From Methanobacteriota archaeon (GTDB lineage Archaea; Hydrothermarchaeota; Hydrothermarchaeia; Hydrothermarchaeales; JACRDW01), in contig JBDRDL010000022.1 in the NCBI GenBank assembly GCA_043820925.1, positions 1 through 24,184 of the forward strand: DNA of 24,184 bases. The letters are read 5' to 3'. The notes below the pieces were generated by a model, which was not told where the DNA came from, ran no database searches, and was given only the letters and a program-made list of their open reading frames with translations. Positions 9,056 through 16,459 of this stretch are shown here, piece by piece (position 1 is the first letter of the stretch; every line of letters starts with the position of its first letter). The position numbers and the translations under genes are program-made.

Positions 9056-9282
9056 GGCTTTTCCCTCCTGAGCAAGTGCAGAGCAAGAGCTATGGCAAGA
9101 CCTGCAACCGCTCCTTTTGCAAGTGAAGTCCGCTCCATCTCTTTAAGCGTCCTGTCAACATTGAATTCCTTGCCTAATTTATCCTCAATGCTTTTCGTAC
9201 CAAGCTTTATTAGGTACTCATGCAGCATTAAAAGTAGCTCGTACTCCTTAGGGGTAACCTGAATAGTTTTATAGGCAGACAT
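9052..9282 (-). CDS. Small hypothetical protein leading the smc operon (possible ribbon-helix-helix N-terminus)
   Basis: 76 aa, ATGA overlap with the smc start. YKTIQVTPKEYELL resembles an RHH beta-strand/helix; hydrophobic C-terminal helix. Confidence 0.65.
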   Translation of the reverse strand: MSAYKTIQVTPKEYELLLMLHEYLIKLGTKSIEDKLGKEFNVDRTLKEMERTSLAKGAVAGLAIALALHLLRREKP

Positions 9283-9324
9283 TACTATCAGCTACTATTG
9301 ATAGTAACTAATTACTATATAAAA
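9281..9324 (-). promoter_or_regulatory. Promoter with a TACTAT repeat array upstream of the smc operon
   Basis: TTTTATATA (minus, 9316-9324). TACTAT at 9283, 9293, 9313 and inverted at 9301; 9-bp inverted repeat TTACTATCA/TGATAGTAA (9282-9290, 9299-9307). Confidence 0.6.
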
Positions 9325-9354
9325 CTTGCGATTACTGGAGGTTGTTAAAAAAAG

Positions 9355-9503
9355 TTACGATTTGAGAATCTTAACGAACTCTCTTGCCGTGATTATTTTT
9401 GTACCTTTTTTCCTCCCAAGACCATTCTAAAAGCTTCTCTTGGGTAACGCTCAGAGATAAAAGCGGAGATAAGCACGTTTGTATCGTAGACGGCTTTGAG
9501 CAT
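9355..9503 (-). pseudogene. PIN-domain (VapC-like) toxin remnant with a large internal deletion
   Basis: Not in the ORF track. MLKAVYDTNVLISAFIS...MVLGGK is joined out of frame at an A6 run (9406-9411) to a PIN-like C-terminus KGTKIITAREFVKILKS*. TAATG overlap with the AbrB gene. Confidence 0.8.
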
Positions 9504-9778
9504 TACTTTGCCCTCTTCTCCTCTCTGTACTTCCTTATCTCTTCTTCAATATCTTTTTCAGTAATTCCTCTCTCCCTGGCCATCGTCGTTGCAATTTCAG
9601 CAATTTCCTCGAATTCCTTTCTCAACGAGGGCAGCTCGACCTTCTTGAAAATTACATAATCCTTCTTGCCGTACGCTATGAATTTGTCCTGCGGGGATAA
9701 ACCGAGCTTCTCTCGAAGCGATTTCGGAACAACTATTTGCCCTTTTTTAGACATCCTCACAAATTCCATAGTTATCAC
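9503..9778 (-). CDS. AbrB/MazE/SpoVT-family antitoxin
   Basis: VRMSKKGQIVVPKSLREKLGL motif. Confidence 0.9.
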   Translation of the reverse strand: MITMEFVRMSKKGQIVVPKSLREKLGLSPQDKFIAYGKKDYVIFKKVELPSLRKEFEEIAEIATTMARERGITEKDIEEEIRKYREEKRAK

Positions 9779-9785
9779 CGTTAGA

Positions 9786-11090
9786 CTATGGAGTTAATCT
9801 CTTTCTATCCCTTGGAAATAGCACCGCCTCCCTAATATTCTGCAGGTCGAGCAGCTGCATTAAAAATCTCTCTATACCTAACCCAAAGCCCCCGTGCGGC
9901 GGCATGCCGTATTTGAAGGATTCGAGGTAGGCGGTAAAATTTTCTGGTTTAAGTCCCTTGGCTTTGATTCGCTTAACAAGGCTCTCGTAATCGTGCACCC
10001 TCTGCGAACCCGAGACAACTTCTCTGCCTTTATACTCGAGGTCGAAAGAATTTGAGTGCTTTGAATCCTTGTCTGGCATTGTGTAGAAAGGCTTTATTTT
10101 TAAAGGATATTTAGTTATGAAGTAGAGTTCAATGCCTTTTTTCCTCATGATTTCTCCGACTTTTTTTTCTGTTTCTGTGGTTAAGTCTTCGCCAAATGGA
10201 ACTTTTATTCCCTCGCCCTCAAGCATCTTCAGCGCCTCGTCGTACCTTATCCTTGGAAAGGGCAATTTTGGCTCTGCGATGTCCTTTCCCAATATCTCGA
10301 GCTGGCGCCTGCATTTCTCTCTCGCAGCGCTTATCATGCTAGCTGCAAGATTTTCAATAACATGCATCACGTTCTCCTCGCTGTCTATAAAAGCGAGCTC
10401 GCAGTCTATGGCTGTTATCTCGTTCAGATGCCAAACTGTGTTGTGCTCCTCTGCCCTGAAGTAAGTCGCAATCTCATAGACCCTGTCAAAGCCTGCCGCC
10501 ATGAGCATCTGCTTGTAGAGCTGGGGCGACTGCGCAAGGAAGGCCTCTCTCTCAAAGTAAGCTACCGGAAAAAGCTCGGTGCCCCCCTCAGAGGAAGTCG
10601 AGATTATTCTCGGTGTCTGTATTTCTATGAAGCCTGCGCTTCTAAGGTATTCACGTCCGGCCTGCAGAATCTCGTCCCTTATCTTGAAAATCGCACTTAT
10701 CTCGACCCTGCGCAAATCCATTACCCTCGCATCGAGGCGGGTATCTATGTTTGCGCCCACCTTGCCTGTAGGGTCGAGGGGCAGTGGAGCTGCAGCGATG
10801 CCCAGAATCTCTATCTTTCCAGGTATCACTTCATAGCCGTTGGGTGCTTTTTCCTCTGCTTTTACTTTTCCGGTTACAGAAATAACACTCTCTTTGCTTA
10901 TTTTTCTACTCGTCTCGAAAACTTCCCTGGATACGAACTTCTTGGGCAGGGTAACCTGAACCAAACCTGCCCTATCCCTGAGAAGAATGAACCTCAAGCC
11001 GCCCAGGTCTCTAATCTCATGCGCCCAGCCTGCGACGGTAACTGTGCTGCCGTCATTCTCAGGAGTTATCTCATTAGAGTACTTGCGCAT
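9786..11090 (-). CDS. aspS: Aspartyl-tRNA synthetase, archaeal, probably non-discriminating (Asp/Asn)
   Basis: OB-fold N-terminus, LAQSPQLYKQ, FRAEE, GMPPHGGFGLGIER, FPRD. His in GWAHEIRD and Pro in KAPNG match the non-discriminating type. Confidence 0.96.
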   Translation of the reverse strand: MRKYSNEITPENDGSTVTVAGWAHEIRDLGGLRFILLRDRAGLVQVTLPKKFVSREVFETSRKISKESVISVTGKVKAEEKAPNGYEVIPGKIEILGIAAAPLPLDPTGKVGANIDTRLDARVMDLRRVEISAIFKIRDEILQAGREYLRSAGFIEIQTPRIISTSSEGGTELFPVAYFEREAFLAQSPQLYKQMLMAAGFDRVYEIATYFRAEEHNTVWHLNEITAIDCELAFIDSEENVMHVIENLAASMISAAREKCRRQLEILGKDIAEPKLPFPRIRYDEALKMLEGEGIKVPFGEDLTTETEKKVGEIMRKKGIELYFITKYPLKIKPFYTMPDKDSKHSNSFDLEYKGREVVSGSQRVHDYESLVKRIKAKGLKPENFTAYLESFKYGMPPHGGFGLGIERFLMQLLDLQNIREAVLFPRDRKRLTP

Positions 11091-11145
11091 GCTATAACCT
11101 CATTCAAATTTATCTTTATTGCGGAGTGAAGAGTTTCGAACCCGC

Positions 11146-11493
11146 TCATTCTTTCTCCGCTCTCTCAATCATGCCTCTTATTTTCTTCTTTAACTCAGGA
11201 ATATCCTTCCCAACCGTATCCCAGACGGCATCCAAGTCAATGCCAAAGTAATCATGTATCAGTTTATCCCTCATTCCTGCCATTTTCCTCCAAGGTATAT
11301 CTGGATATCTCTCTTTAAATTCAGTTGATAACTTCTTAGTAGCCTCGCCTATTATCTCAATTTCTCTCACTACACCTGCTTGAACCAGATTATTGTTCAT
11401 AAAATCCTTGTATTCTACTCTTTTTGTGTATTCTTCAGTTCGGTTCATTGCATCTAAAATATGTCTCAAATATACAAGATTGTCTTTCTTCAT
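11146..11493 (-). CDS. HepT-like HEPN ribonuclease toxin (DUF86)
   Basis: EIIGEA..., [21 protein letters not shown] (RX4HXY). Confidence 0.93.
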   Translation of the reverse strand: MKKDNLVYLRHILDAMNRTEEYTKRVEYKDFMNNNLVQAGVVREIEIIGEATKKLSTEFKERYPDIPWRKMAGMRDKLIHDYFGIDLDAVWDTVGKDIPELKKKIRGMIERAEKE

Positions 11494-11774
11494 TCGTAAA
11501 TCACCATCATTTCTTTTTTAATTCTATCAATTAAATAGGGACTTATGGACTTCTCAGTTAACAAATCAACTTTAACGCCCAAAACATCGGATAATTCCTG
11601 TTCTATTCCTACAATGTCAAGAAGGCTTTTTCTCTCCAAAAATTCTACGATAATATCTATATCGCTTCCCGGTCTTTCTTCTCCTCTTACGTAAGAACCA
11701 AAGACAGCTATTTTTCTCGCTCCTTGATTCTTAAGCACTTGAGCAATCTTTTTAAAGATTTCTTCTTTATCCAT
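11490..11774 (-). CDS. MntA-like minimal nucleotidyltransferase antitoxin
   Basis: [29 protein letters not shown] overlap with the HEPN gene. Confidence 0.93.
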   Translation of the reverse strand: MDKEEIFKKIAQVLKNQGARKIAVFGSYVRGEERPGSDIDIIVEFLERKSLLDIVGIEQELSDVLGVKVDLLTEKSISPYLIDRIKKEMMVIYE

Positions 11775-11810
11775 TATCTTTCCACCTCATCAGAGCGGGT
11801 TCAGAATTTC

Positions 11811-11892
11811 ATATAACGTCTTGCGGACATACGAAGTTCGGCTTTGCCGAATTTTGGCGGAGCGAAGCGGAGCCGTATGTCCGCTGTTATAC
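11811..11892 (-). repeat. attC-like foldback recombination site closing the RmuC cassette (82 bp)
   Basis: Minus strand GTATAAC A GCGGACATACG ... CGTATGTCCGC AAGAC GTTATAT, with an internal hairpin TTCGGC-AAA-GCCGAA. Confidence 0.85.
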
Positions 11893-11917
11893 GCCGTGCC
11901 GTACCATATTTTCATAA

Positions 11918-12799
11918 TTATTCTTCCTCCGATATCTTTGAGATTCTATCAAATTCTTCTCTTAGCTTTTTATACGCTTCATCTAATTCTTCTGCTTTAC
12001 CTTCCAAATTTTTAAAATGAGTCCTATAAAATACTCGCCATACTTCATCTATCTTGCCGAATCGTTGTGAGAGCCTAACGAGATTGTCCCTTACTTTTTC
12101 TGCATCTTCGGAAAGTTTCTTTGCATGAGCACCCGCTTTTATAAGTTCAATTTTATGCGAAAGAGTGAGTGGCGATACTACTTGAACTCCTTTTTTAGTA
12201 TAATCTCGTAGCATTTCGAACGCTTCATTTACTAAGAAATAGTAAACTCCTTCAGAGGGGATGTAAGCAAAAGCAAACTCGGCAGATCCTTTTTCTGGGC
12301 ATACATAATCCTCGGCTATCTTATTGAGATGACCTTTAACATCTTTAATAAATTGTTTTTTGAATCCTTCTCTTTCCTTGGGTTCTTCTGCATCTAGCAT
12401 CTTTCCAAAATTATCTAAAGGAAACTTAGAGTCTATGCAAATAATCCCAACTGTTGATCTTATGTATGCATCTGGAATCTTTCCATCAAGAGTTCTCTCC
12501 CTAATACCATACAAATCCTGTGGAAGTTGGTCTGAAAATATCGTTTCCAGAGAAATCTCACCAAAAGATGCTCTTTCTGTGGGTACTCGAAGCATTTGTT
12601 CGAAGGATTTATAACTATCTCTAATATCTTTAGCATGACTTTCCACGGCACCTATTTTTTCATCTAAACCCAATTTTATCCAAGTGCCCGATACAGCAGC
12701 TTCAATATCCTTCGGCTCAACTTTTTTACTTCGCAAAATCAAGAATATCAATACAAATAAGAGCACCACGATAATTACAAGTAGGATTTCTATTATCAT
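11918..12799 (-). CDS. rmuC: RmuC-family protein (N-terminal TM helix, PD-(D/E)xK nuclease fold); cassette 2 gene
   Basis: RASFGEISLE, IPDAYI...IDSKFPL, FAFAYIPSEGVY, VVSPLTL; GAGGTGA RBS. Confidence 0.85.
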   Translation of the reverse strand: MIIEILLVIIVVLLFVLIFLILRSKKVEPKDIEAAVSGTWIKLGLDEKIGAVESHAKDIRDSYKSFEQMLRVPTERASFGEISLETIFSDQLPQDLYGIRERTLDGKIPDAYIRSTVGIICIDSKFPLDNFGKMLDAEEPKEREGFKKQFIKDVKGHLNKIAEDYVCPEKGSAEFAFAYIPSEGVYYFLVNEAFEMLRDYTKKGVQVVSPLTLSHKIELIKAGAHAKKLSEDAEKVRDNLVRLSQRFGKIDEVWRVFYRTHFKNLEGKAEELDEAYKKLREEFDRISKISEEE

Positions 12800-12834
12800 G
12801 TCACTATCACCTCTGTTATTATTTTAGGCATGGC

Positions 12835-12922
12835 GTATAACGTTCCGAGCGTATCTGAAGTCCTGCGAAGCAGGATTTGGGCGGAGGTGCGAAGCACCGT
12901 AGCCAGATACGCTCTGTTAGGC
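12835..12922 (-). repeat. attC-like foldback recombination site closing the DUF2971-like cassette (88 bp)
   Basis: Minus strand GCCTAAC A GAGCGTATCTG ... CAGATACGCTC GGAAC GTTATAC, with hairpins GGTGC-TTC-GCACC and TCCTGC-TTC-GCAGGA. Confidence 0.85.
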
Positions 12923-12931
12923 GACGTTTGA

Positions 12932-13693
12932 TTAATACACTGGCCCTTCGGCTAAACTGGATTGTATTACTTCTTTCTTCAAATTATATTTATTGATGAT
13001 AGACTTAACTACCTGGTTAAACCATTTCGGAGCTGTAGGCGACACAAATATTTTTTCGATTAGTGTGTCTAAGTCAACGGTAATATATGCTTCAATATCA
13101 AATATCTCCTGTGTTTCCTGTGTTAAATCGATTTTGTCATCTTTAGTAGGGATTTTTTGAATAATCGCCCTTAATTCACTCTCATGTTCAAAACTTTTTC
13201 TTTTATGTAAAAATGGGTAGAAAAAATTCCCTTCAGGTAACCACTCGGTCTGATAGTCAATGTACTTTACTTTCCCTATATACACATCATCTTCCTCATA
13301 GTTATGAAAGCTCTCTGTTAATCGCTTAAAAGTCGACTGGACAGCAACTCCTTCATCAGTTTTTAGATATAATTTCCACATAGCAGCAGATTCATACTCA
13401 TTCATATGCCAACAGTTCATAATTGTAAACCTTCTAATTTCTTTAGAAAAAATCTGAAGTTGCATTTGCATTTTGTCGAAACTATCTTTTGAAATATCTT
13501 TGTAAATAATAGGACGGAGCTCTATGTTAGCTTTTGAGTATGAACCTTCGAATGAATCGGGCAATCTGTCGGCTCTAGTAAAAAATAGTGACTGTTTATC
13601 CAACACCGATACAAATTTTGTAAAATCCAAATACCGCCATATTTTTATATTTTCGTTGTCGGGTTTTTCAAAAACCGGATGTTCTTTATACAT
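12932..13693 (-). CDS. DUF2971-like hypothetical protein; cassette 1 gene
   Basis: IWRYLDFTKF...D.FEG, NCWH..EYESAAMWKLY, HKRKSFEHESELR motifs; AT-rich. Confidence 0.65.
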   Translation of the reverse strand: MYKEHPVFEKPDNENIKIWRYLDFTKFVSVLDKQSLFFTRADRLPDSFEGSYSKANIELRPIIYKDISKDSFDKMQMQLQIFSKEIRRFTIMNCWHMNEYESAAMWKLYLKTDEGVAVQSTFKRLTESFHNYEEDDVYIGKVKYIDYQTEWLPEGNFFYPFLHKRKSFEHESELRAIIQKIPTKDDKIDLTQETQEIFDIEAYITVDLDTLIEKIFVSPTAPKWFNQVVKSIINKYNLKKEVIQSSLAEGPVY

Positions 13694-13710
13694 AATTATA
13701 TCTCCATCAA

Positions 13711-13738
13711 ATGTCGCCTAACTCATTATATACGAAAT
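13711..13738 (-). other. Array-proximal recombination site (attI-equivalent; left half of a dif-like site)
   Basis: ATTTCGTATAT AATGAG|TTAGGCGACAT. The GTTAGGCGAC core is complementary to GTCGCCTAAC at the far end of cassette 1; no foldback arm upstream. Confidence 0.7.
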
Positions 13739-13799
13739 TCGCTTTTTGTTCAATTTTGTCGTTGTTTGCATCGCTTCTACTTCTTCATGTGCTATAACC

Positions 13800-15071
13800 T
13801 CAACTTTCAATCCTCTTCCTCACGCTCTCTGCATGCCCGTGCAGACCTTCTGCTTCTGCGAGGGTTATGATAGTCTTGCCGATTTTTTTCAGTGCTTCTC
13901 TATTAAACTCCTGAACAGGGACAAACTTGACAAAATCATTAACGCCCAAGCCGGAATAGACCCTTGCATAGCCCATCGTGGGCAGAACATGGTTTGTACC
14001 GCTTGCGTAGTCCCCGCAGGCTACCGGGGTATAGGCTCCGAGAAATATGCTGCCTGCATTTTTTATTTTATCCAGCAGCGGTCTTGGCTTTCTAACCATG
14101 AGCTGGAGGTGCTCAGGAGCATAGTCGTTGCAGAATTTTATTCCGTGCTCAAGTTTATCCACGATTAGTACTGCAGCATTGTTCGTTAGGGAAGTCCTGG
14201 CCTCTGCTCTTTCGATTCTCAGATTCTTGAGCTTCCTGACAACCTGGGTGCCCAATTCCTTAGATGTAGTAATTAAAACGCTGCTTGAGTTTGGGTCATG
14301 CTCAGCTTGAGCAATCATATCTAGGGCTATCAACTCTGCATCTGCAGCATCGTCAGCAAGTATTAAAACTTCGCTGGGTCCGGCTGGGTTGTCCACTGCA
14401 GCGTAATCTGAGACCAGCTTCTTTGCTGCGGTAACGTAAATGTTTCCTGGACCGATTATCTTGTCAACCTTCGGCATCGTCTGCGTGCCGAATGCGAGTG
14501 CTGCAATCGCCTGCGCACCGCCCACCTTATAAACCTCATCAACGCCGCAAATTTCACATGCTACCAGAACGAGCTCATTAGCCTTTTTATCTTTTCTCGG
14601 CGGCGTAACGCAGACAATTCTCTCCACACCCGCAACCTTTGCAGGAATAACTGTCATTAAAACCGTCGATGGATACGCAGCCCTGCCTCCTGGTATATAG
14701 CAACCAACGCTTTCCAAGGGTTTCAAAATCTGCCCAATTCTGGCGCCCCCCCTGGTGTAGAACCAGCTTTTTTTGAGCTGCTGTCTGTGGAAGAACTCTA
14801 TGTTTTTCTGCGCTTTTTGCAGCGCTTCTCCAATCTCTCTGTTTACTTTTTTCCTAGCTTCCTTAAATTCATCCTTAGTTACCCTAAAATCTTGAATTTC
14901 GGTGCTATCAAACTCCTTGGTATAATATCGAAGTGCTTCATCCCCTTTTTCCTTTACATCTTTCAAAATTTGCTCCACGCTGGGTAAAACATTCTGAATG
15001 TCCTGTTTAGCTCTATTCATTATTTTTTTGTACTCCTCTGGACTCAGGTCTTTTAAATTGGAAAATATCAT
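13800..15071 (-). CDS. hisD: Histidinol dehydrogenase
   Basis: GCYIPGG, PAGPSE, AQAEHD, YAPEHL, GDYASGTNHVLPT, EAEGLHGHA. ATG 15071 follows GGTGGAG. Confidence 0.97.
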   Translation of the reverse strand: MIFSNLKDLSPEEYKKIMNRAKQDIQNVLPSVEQILKDVKEKGDEALRYYTKEFDSTEIQDFRVTKDEFKEARKKVNREIGEALQKAQKNIEFFHRQQLKKSWFYTRGGARIGQILKPLESVGCYIPGGRAAYPSTVLMTVIPAKVAGVERIVCVTPPRKDKKANELVLVACEICGVDEVYKVGGAQAIAALAFGTQTMPKVDKIIGPGNIYVTAAKKLVSDYAAVDNPAGPSEVLILADDAADAELIALDMIAQAEHDPNSSSVLITTSKELGTQVVRKLKNLRIERAEARTSLTNNAAVLIVDKLEHGIKFCNDYAPEHLQLMVRKPRPLLDKIKNAGSIFLGAYTPVACGDYASGTNHVLPTMGYARVYSGLGVNDFVKFVPVQEFNREALKKIGKTIITLAEAEGLHGHAESVRKRIES

Positions 15072-15108
15072 TTTCTCCACCCTTACTTTCCTATCCAAAA
15101 CTAGATAC

Positions 15109-15837
15109 TTATACCTTTTCTTTTATGAAATCCAGTGCCGTTTTGAGATTTCCCTGATTATCGAAATTTTCCAAAATTTCATGTAATATACTCTTATTTT
15201 GTTTTTTTAATTCAATAATGCTCTTTATAAGCTCAGAGATTGCTCTTACAACGTTATCTACGATAGTTATGCTTGCTTTTTGTGCTGTTCTCGAAAGCGG
15301 GTTCAAATCAACCGCAATCACTTTTTTTCCCTCTCTTATGAGCGCTTCTGTCCTGTCTCCGTCCTCGAGCGCCACGAGTACAGCATCGCTGGAGTAGATT
15401 CCACTGGAATCTGCAAGCCTCCTGCCGCTTGCTATTCCTTTGACTTCTCTATCTGGAGCTATCCCATACACCTCGCCAGCGCCGTATTTTAATAGCACTC
15501 TCTCAATTTTTTTTACTCTTGTTTGCGAGCGGTAGAACAAGTTTATTTCAAGTTTTGCGTTGCATAATTTTGCGAGTCTTACTATTTCCTTCGGGCATAG
15601 AACTGCGGTGTTGCCGTTTACAGAAATAACAGGAGATTTGGCTGACAGGAGTAGGGCAGCCGCTGCCCTAATCGCATTTTTAGCGAAACTATTCGTTCTC
15701 TCTCCAAGCAGATAATCAAAAGCCTCACCCCTGCCCTGCGCTATCAAACCTGCCAGCGCAGTTATCCCTTTTTTGTAGCCCTCCAGTAATGCCTCTCTCT
15801 GTCTTAGCGATTCGTACCTTGGGTGTGCCTTGTTCAT
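15109..15837 (-). CDS. Archaeal phosphopantothenate synthetase (4-phosphopantoate--beta-alanine ligase)
   Basis: HPRYESL, GRGEAFDYLLGE, SVNGN, LEDGDRTEAL, DLNPLSRT. Start uncertain (15837-15858). Confidence 0.93.
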   Translation of the reverse strand: MNKAHPRYESLRQREALLEGYKKGITALAGLIAQGRGEAFDYLLGERTNSFAKNAIRAAAALLLSAKSPVISVNGNTAVLCPKEIVRLAKLCNAKLEINLFYRSQTRVKKIERVLLKYGAGEVYGIAPDREVKGIASGRRLADSSGIYSSDAVLVALEDGDRTEALIREGKKVIAVDLNPLSRTAQKASITIVDNVVRAISELIKSIIELKKQNKSILHEILENFDNQGNLKTALDFIKEKV

Positions 15838-15880
15838 TTCGAGCACTCCCTCAGTCACTCGCTTCTCTCGTTCCTTCGGT

Positions 15881-16459
15881 TCATTTTGAAAAACCGCCAG
15901 AAATCACGAATTTAAGCGCATCCTGCACGCTCATATCCAGCTGGATAACGCTCTCCTCAGGCACCATTATGAAATAGCCGGAGGTAGGATTTGGCGATGT
16001 GGGAACAAAAACATTTATAACCTTCTCTGCTGTTTTTTCCTGAATTTCGCCCACAGTTACTCCTGTTGTAAAACCGAGAGAGTACATTCCTTTCCTGGGA
16101 AACTCAACGAGCACGACCTTTTTGAATTCGGACTCCTGGGGCGTCAGAAAAGCTGCACTCGCCTGTTTTATTATTAAGTAAATGCCCCTGACTACTGGAA
16201 TCCTCAGAAGCGTTTTCTCGAAGACCCCCACAAGCTTTCTGCCAATTGCAATTGTTGCGAAGGCGCCTATAAGAAGTATGAAAAGTATAGTAACAAGCAA
16301 GCTCAAGCCGGGAACATACTTTCCAAGCACAACATTCACGAATGGCTTCAGTAGTCCGTCCAAGAAATTGAAAGCTACCCAGACTATGTATATAGTTGCA
16401 ACTACCGGCACGAAGATTACCAGTCCGGTAAGAAAGTAGTTCCGCAGCTTTGCAATCAT
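15881..16459 (-). CDS. DUF502-family membrane protein
   Basis: Two TM segments, LVEFPRKG, VFVPTSPNPTSG, FVISGG. Confidence 0.9.
   Translation of the reverse strand: MIAKLRNYFLTGLVIFVPVVATIYIVWVAFNFLDGLLKPFVNVVLGKYVPGLSLLVTILFILLIGAFATIAIGRKLVGVFEKTLLRIPVVRGIYLIIKQASAAFLTPQESEFKKVVLVEFPRKGMYSLGFTTGVTVGEIQEKTAEKVINVFVPTSPNPTSGYFIMVPEESVIQLDMSVQDALKFVISGGFSK

Larger units (their letters stand above)
11090..13802. mobile_element. 2.7-kb island between hisD and aspS bounded by a 13-bp direct repeat
   Basis: TGCTATAACCTCA at 11090-11102 and 13790-13802. The interior is visibly more AT-rich than the flanks and contains only accessory genes. Confidence 0.7.

Noticed and set aside
10362..11129. 255-aa + strand ORF and the other antisense ORFs over smc, hisD, PoK and prf1
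   Set aside because: They are shadows of well-supported genes on the opposite strand with no recognisable motifs.
11146..11816. MNT-HEPN pair as a third cassette
   Set aside because: No foldback site or ATATAAC-type complementary end downstream of the HEPN gene.
11821..12015. 64-aa + strand ORF across the first foldback site
   Set aside because: It spans the recombination site and the antisense of rmuC; no coding features.
11811..12922. CRISPR array or simple terminators as an explanation for the two palindromic intergenic sites
   Set aside because: Only two copies, about 1 kb apart, divergent in sequence and separated by whole genes. The self-complementary cassette ends fit recombination sites instead.
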